From: an uncultured Deinococcales bacterium
GTDB lineage: Bacteria; Deinococcota; Deinococci; Deinococcales; JAAFIG01
DNA length: 38,762 nucleotides
NCBI GenBank assembly: GCA_964247135.1
Contig: CAXTTL010000016.1
Location: forward strand, 1-38,762
Direction: 5' to 3'
Of this stretch, positions 36,233 through 38,762 are shown piece by piece. Numbering within the stretch: position 1 is the stretch's first letter; each line of letters begins with the position of its first letter. The translations under genes were made by a program, and so were the position numbers. Below the pieces are notes generated by a model that was not told the DNA's origin, did not search any database, and saw nothing but the letters and a program-made list of their open reading frames with translations.

Positions 36233-37420
36233 ATGAACAACTTGGACGCCCGAGCGCACTTTCCAGCTTTTCAAAACGGTTTTAGCTTCCTGGACAACGC
36301 CGCCGGCGCTCAAGTGCCAAAGCAGTGCATTGACGCGATCTCGGGTTTTCTGAGCACGGCATCTTGCAATGTCGGAATGCCGTACCCTGGTTCGCAAACC
36401 GCCACGAACATTAAAATCCAAACGCGCCTCGAGACGAGCGAATTTTTAAATTGCAAACCAAGCGAAGTTGTGATCGGCACGAGCGCCACATCACTCACCT
36501 TTCAACTCGCACGGGCGTTCTCGAGAATCTTCAAACCTGGCGACGAAATCATTATTTCCGAACTCGAGCACGAAGCCAACGCCAGCCCGTGGCGCAGCCT
36601 TGAGGCGCAAGGTGTCGTCATTAAAATCTGGCGGGCGAAATTTCCTGAAAGCCGTTTGGATTTGGACGATTTACGCGCCCTGATCTCGAGCCGCACCAGA
36701 TTGCTGGCGGTCTGTTCCGCCGCAAATTCTTTGGGAACAGCTCCAGATGTGACGGGCGCTGCCGCCATCGCCAAAACCGTAGGCGCTTGGACGATCACCG
36801 ACATGGTGCATTACGCCCCGCATCATTTGCCAGACGTGCAAAAACTCGGCGTGGATTTCGCGGTGTTCTCGAGTTACAAGGTTTTTTCGACGCACGCCGC
36901 GTTCATGTTCGTGAAAGAAGGCTTGCTCGAGCAACTTCCAGCCGACAAACTGCATTTTATTCCAGATGACAGCCCGCAAAAATTTGAGCCAGGCACGACC
37001 AACCACGAATGCTTGGCGGGCTGGCTTGGGACGCTCGAGTATCTGCGCACAGTGCTGGGCGGTGGCGCAACCGGACGCGCTGGCTTGCAAGCCGCCTACC
37101 AGCAAATCGAAAGCCTCGAGCAACCACTGATGGAATTTGCGCTCGAGAAATTCAAAGACATTCCAGGATTGAGTTTTTACGGCGAACCCAGCACTTCAGG
37201 GCGCGTCGGAACGTTCTGCATCAACATGCCAGGGCTGGAAGCCATGCAAGTTGCCGAACGGCTTGCCACGGCAGGTGTGGGCGTTGCGGCGGGGCATTAC
37301 TACGCCACCATGCCGATGACCGCGCTCGGGTTAATGCCAAACGGGGCGGTGCGGGTCAGTGTGGCGCATTACAACACCAAAGAAGACCTCGAGAAACTGA
37401 TGGGGGCGTTGAAGGATTGA
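36233..37420 (+). CDS. Cysteine desulfurase-like class V aminotransferase
   Basis: LDNAAGAQVP, EHEANASPW, DMVHYAPH, SSYKVF, AVRVSVAHYNT. Confidence 0.9.
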   Translation: MNNLDARAHFPAFQNGFSFLDNAAGAQVPKQCIDAISGFLSTASCNVGMPYPGSQTATNIKIQTRLETSEFLNCKPSEVVIGTSATSLTFQLARAFSRIFKPGDEIIISELEHEANASPWRSLEAQGVVIKIWRAKFPESRLDLDDLRALISSRTRLLAVCSAANSLGTAPDVTGAAAIAKTVGAWTITDMVHYAPHHLPDVQKLGVDFAVFSSYKVFSTHAAFMFVKEGLLEQLPADKLHFIPDDSPQKFEPGTTNHECLAGWLGTLEYLRTVLGGGATGRAGLQAAYQQIESLEQPLMEFALEKFKDIPGLSFYGEPSTSGRVGTFCINMPGLEAMQVAERLATAGVGVAAGHYYATMPMTALGLMPNGAVRVSVAHYNTKEDLEKLMGALKD

Positions 37421-37450
37421 ATACACACCCTTTTCTGCTAAACTGAACCC

Positions 37451-37702
37451 ATGCTCGCACTCGAGTCTCAAACACAAGAGATCATGGCATCGCTCGAACA
37501 AACCGAACCCGTTGCCATTCTACGAAACGGTGTTATCACGGGTTATTACGTGCCAGTCATGCCAGCACATGAGGACACGCAAGCCATTCGTCTGGCAGCC
37601 CAGAATATGCAGGAATGGTTGGAAGCTCGAGGGATCAGCGAAGATGATTTGATTGCCGATTTTAATACGTTGCAGAAAAGTCAACGTCATAAAACTGCAT
37701 GA
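37451..37702 (+). CDS. Probable antitoxin (Phd/YefM-like)
   Basis: 'EPVAILRNGVITGYYVP', acidic C-terminus, ATGA overlap with the PIN gene. Confidence 0.7.
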   Translation: MLALESQTQEIMASLEQTEPVAILRNGVITGYYVPVMPAHEDTQAIRLAAQNMQEWLEARGISEDDLIADFNTLQKSQRHKTA

Positions 37703-38124
37703 AGCGCATTGTCATTGATGCCAATGTTTTAATTCGTGCAATTCTTGGGGTCAAAGTTGCAAACCGCATTGCAGATCATGCCACATTCGTACAATTTTTG
37801 ACCACCGAGATCGCTTTTCTCGAGGCGCAAAAGCACTTACCAAACGTGCTCAGTCGGCGTGGCGCAGAGATTGAACGGGTACGATTGAGTTTAGAAGATT
37901 TGGAACGCTTAAAACAAAGCGTGATTGTGATTCCGACAGAAATCATTGCTCCTTTTGAAGCCCAAGCACGTCTACGGTTACTCGAGCGTGACCAAGATGA
38001 CTGGCATTTGTTGGCGCTCTGTTTAGGTTTGCAAACACCTTTATGGACAGAGGACAACGATTTTTTCGGGGTTGGGATTACAACCTGGAAGTCTGCGTTA
38101 ATTGATCTTTTCTTAAATGCTTAA
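37699..38124 (+). CDS. PIN-domain toxin
   Basis: IVIDANVL, E, RDQDDW, LWTEDNDF acidic PIN motifs. Confidence 0.88.
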   Translation: MKRIVIDANVLIRAILGVKVANRIADHATFVQFLTTEIAFLEAQKHLPNVLSRRGAEIERVRLSLEDLERLKQSVIVIPTEIIAPFEAQARLRLLERDQDDWHLLALCLGLQTPLWTEDNDFFGVGITTWKSALIDLFLNA

Positions 38125-38154
38125 CGTTCTTAGGCAAAATTACTTGGAACAATT

Positions 38155-38631
38155 TTAAAGACCATTGAACTGCTTCAGAATTTTTGGTTCGATTGGTGAT
38201 CCTTTGAAAAGATGGACTTCATAAAAATCATCGCCTGTTGAGCCATTCTCAAAAACTTTGTCAAGATCGTTATAGCAAATCAACGCTTCGTAAATTCCAG
38301 GATCAACTTCTATACGGGCAGCGTCTGGAAAATAATCTGTGCAGCCCGCAATAACAATCCGTCCAGTATCTACCTGAAGACTTGCTTCCACAACATGATC
38401 GCTGCTTGAAAAATCAATTTCTGGTCGGAAATCATGAATGACAACCAAAACTGGAACTTCCATATCCCTGACCGTGCCAATTCCAATTGCGTATGGAGCT
38501 ATGGCTAGCATTCGTTGCACTGCTGCTTTCGACCACGAATTCGCAAGACTTCCTTTTGTCATATCATCATCTCGAAGATAGAATTGGTGGTAATCTGCAA
38601 ATAATTTGTAGTCATAAACGCGAATAATCAT
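38155..38631 (-). CDS. Hypothetical protein, AT-rich
   Basis: 158-aa ORF (ADYHQFYL, DHVVEASL, GCTDY); AT-rich codons, no CTCGAG. Confidence 0.75.
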   Translation of the reverse strand: MIIRVYDYKLFADYHQFYLRDDDMTKGSLANSWSKAAVQRMLAIAPYAIGIGTVRDMEVPVLVVIHDFRPEIDFSSSDHVVEASLQVDTGRIVIAGCTDYFPDAARIEVDPGIYEALICYNDLDKVFENGSTGDDFYEVHLFKGSPIEPKILKQFNGL

Positions 38632-38762
38632 ATTTTCACCATCTTTCGAGCTTTTGGATATTCAGAGTTGCGCCTCGAGTAAATCCTAAACGCGTAACTC
38701 GGTTCTGCATCATTCGCTTCAAACATCAATTTCCTGCCAATCAATGGTTCGCTTCCAAGTCT

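Overview
A 38.8-kb chromosomal window, most likely from a Deinococcota (Deinococcales-like) bacterium. This is inferred from the HU, L28 and L35 sequences, tandem gdh genes and many leaderless genes. Most content is housekeeping or accessory: zwf-pgl, a fused ABC transporter, a radical SAM protein, reductases, a MarR/DoxX/VOC cluster, two OmpR-type two-component systems, tRNA-Ala(GGC), two GDH paralogs, HU, rpmI-rplT-rpmB and a PIN toxin-antitoxin pair. The dominant unexplained signal is the palindrome CTCGAG, present about 260 times by my hand count (roughly 1 per 150 bp, versus roughly 10 expected). It occurs in all reading frames, in intergenic DNA, in terminator stems and fused to -10 boxes, so it behaves like a highly iterated palindrome (HIP). 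Other signals are a GTAG-type REP/REPIN family and a 22-bp tandem repeat forming a chain of coupled 9-codon mini-ORFs between a response regulator and its kinase. There are also two candidate regulons readable from phased operator boxes, a RiPP-precursor-like peptide, an unlisted MazG-like gene split by TGA, a probable nonsense mutation in a Wzz-like gene, and identical tracts between the gdh paralogs. I found no CRISPR array, rRNA, transposase or integrase. All family calls are from motif recognition, without database searches.
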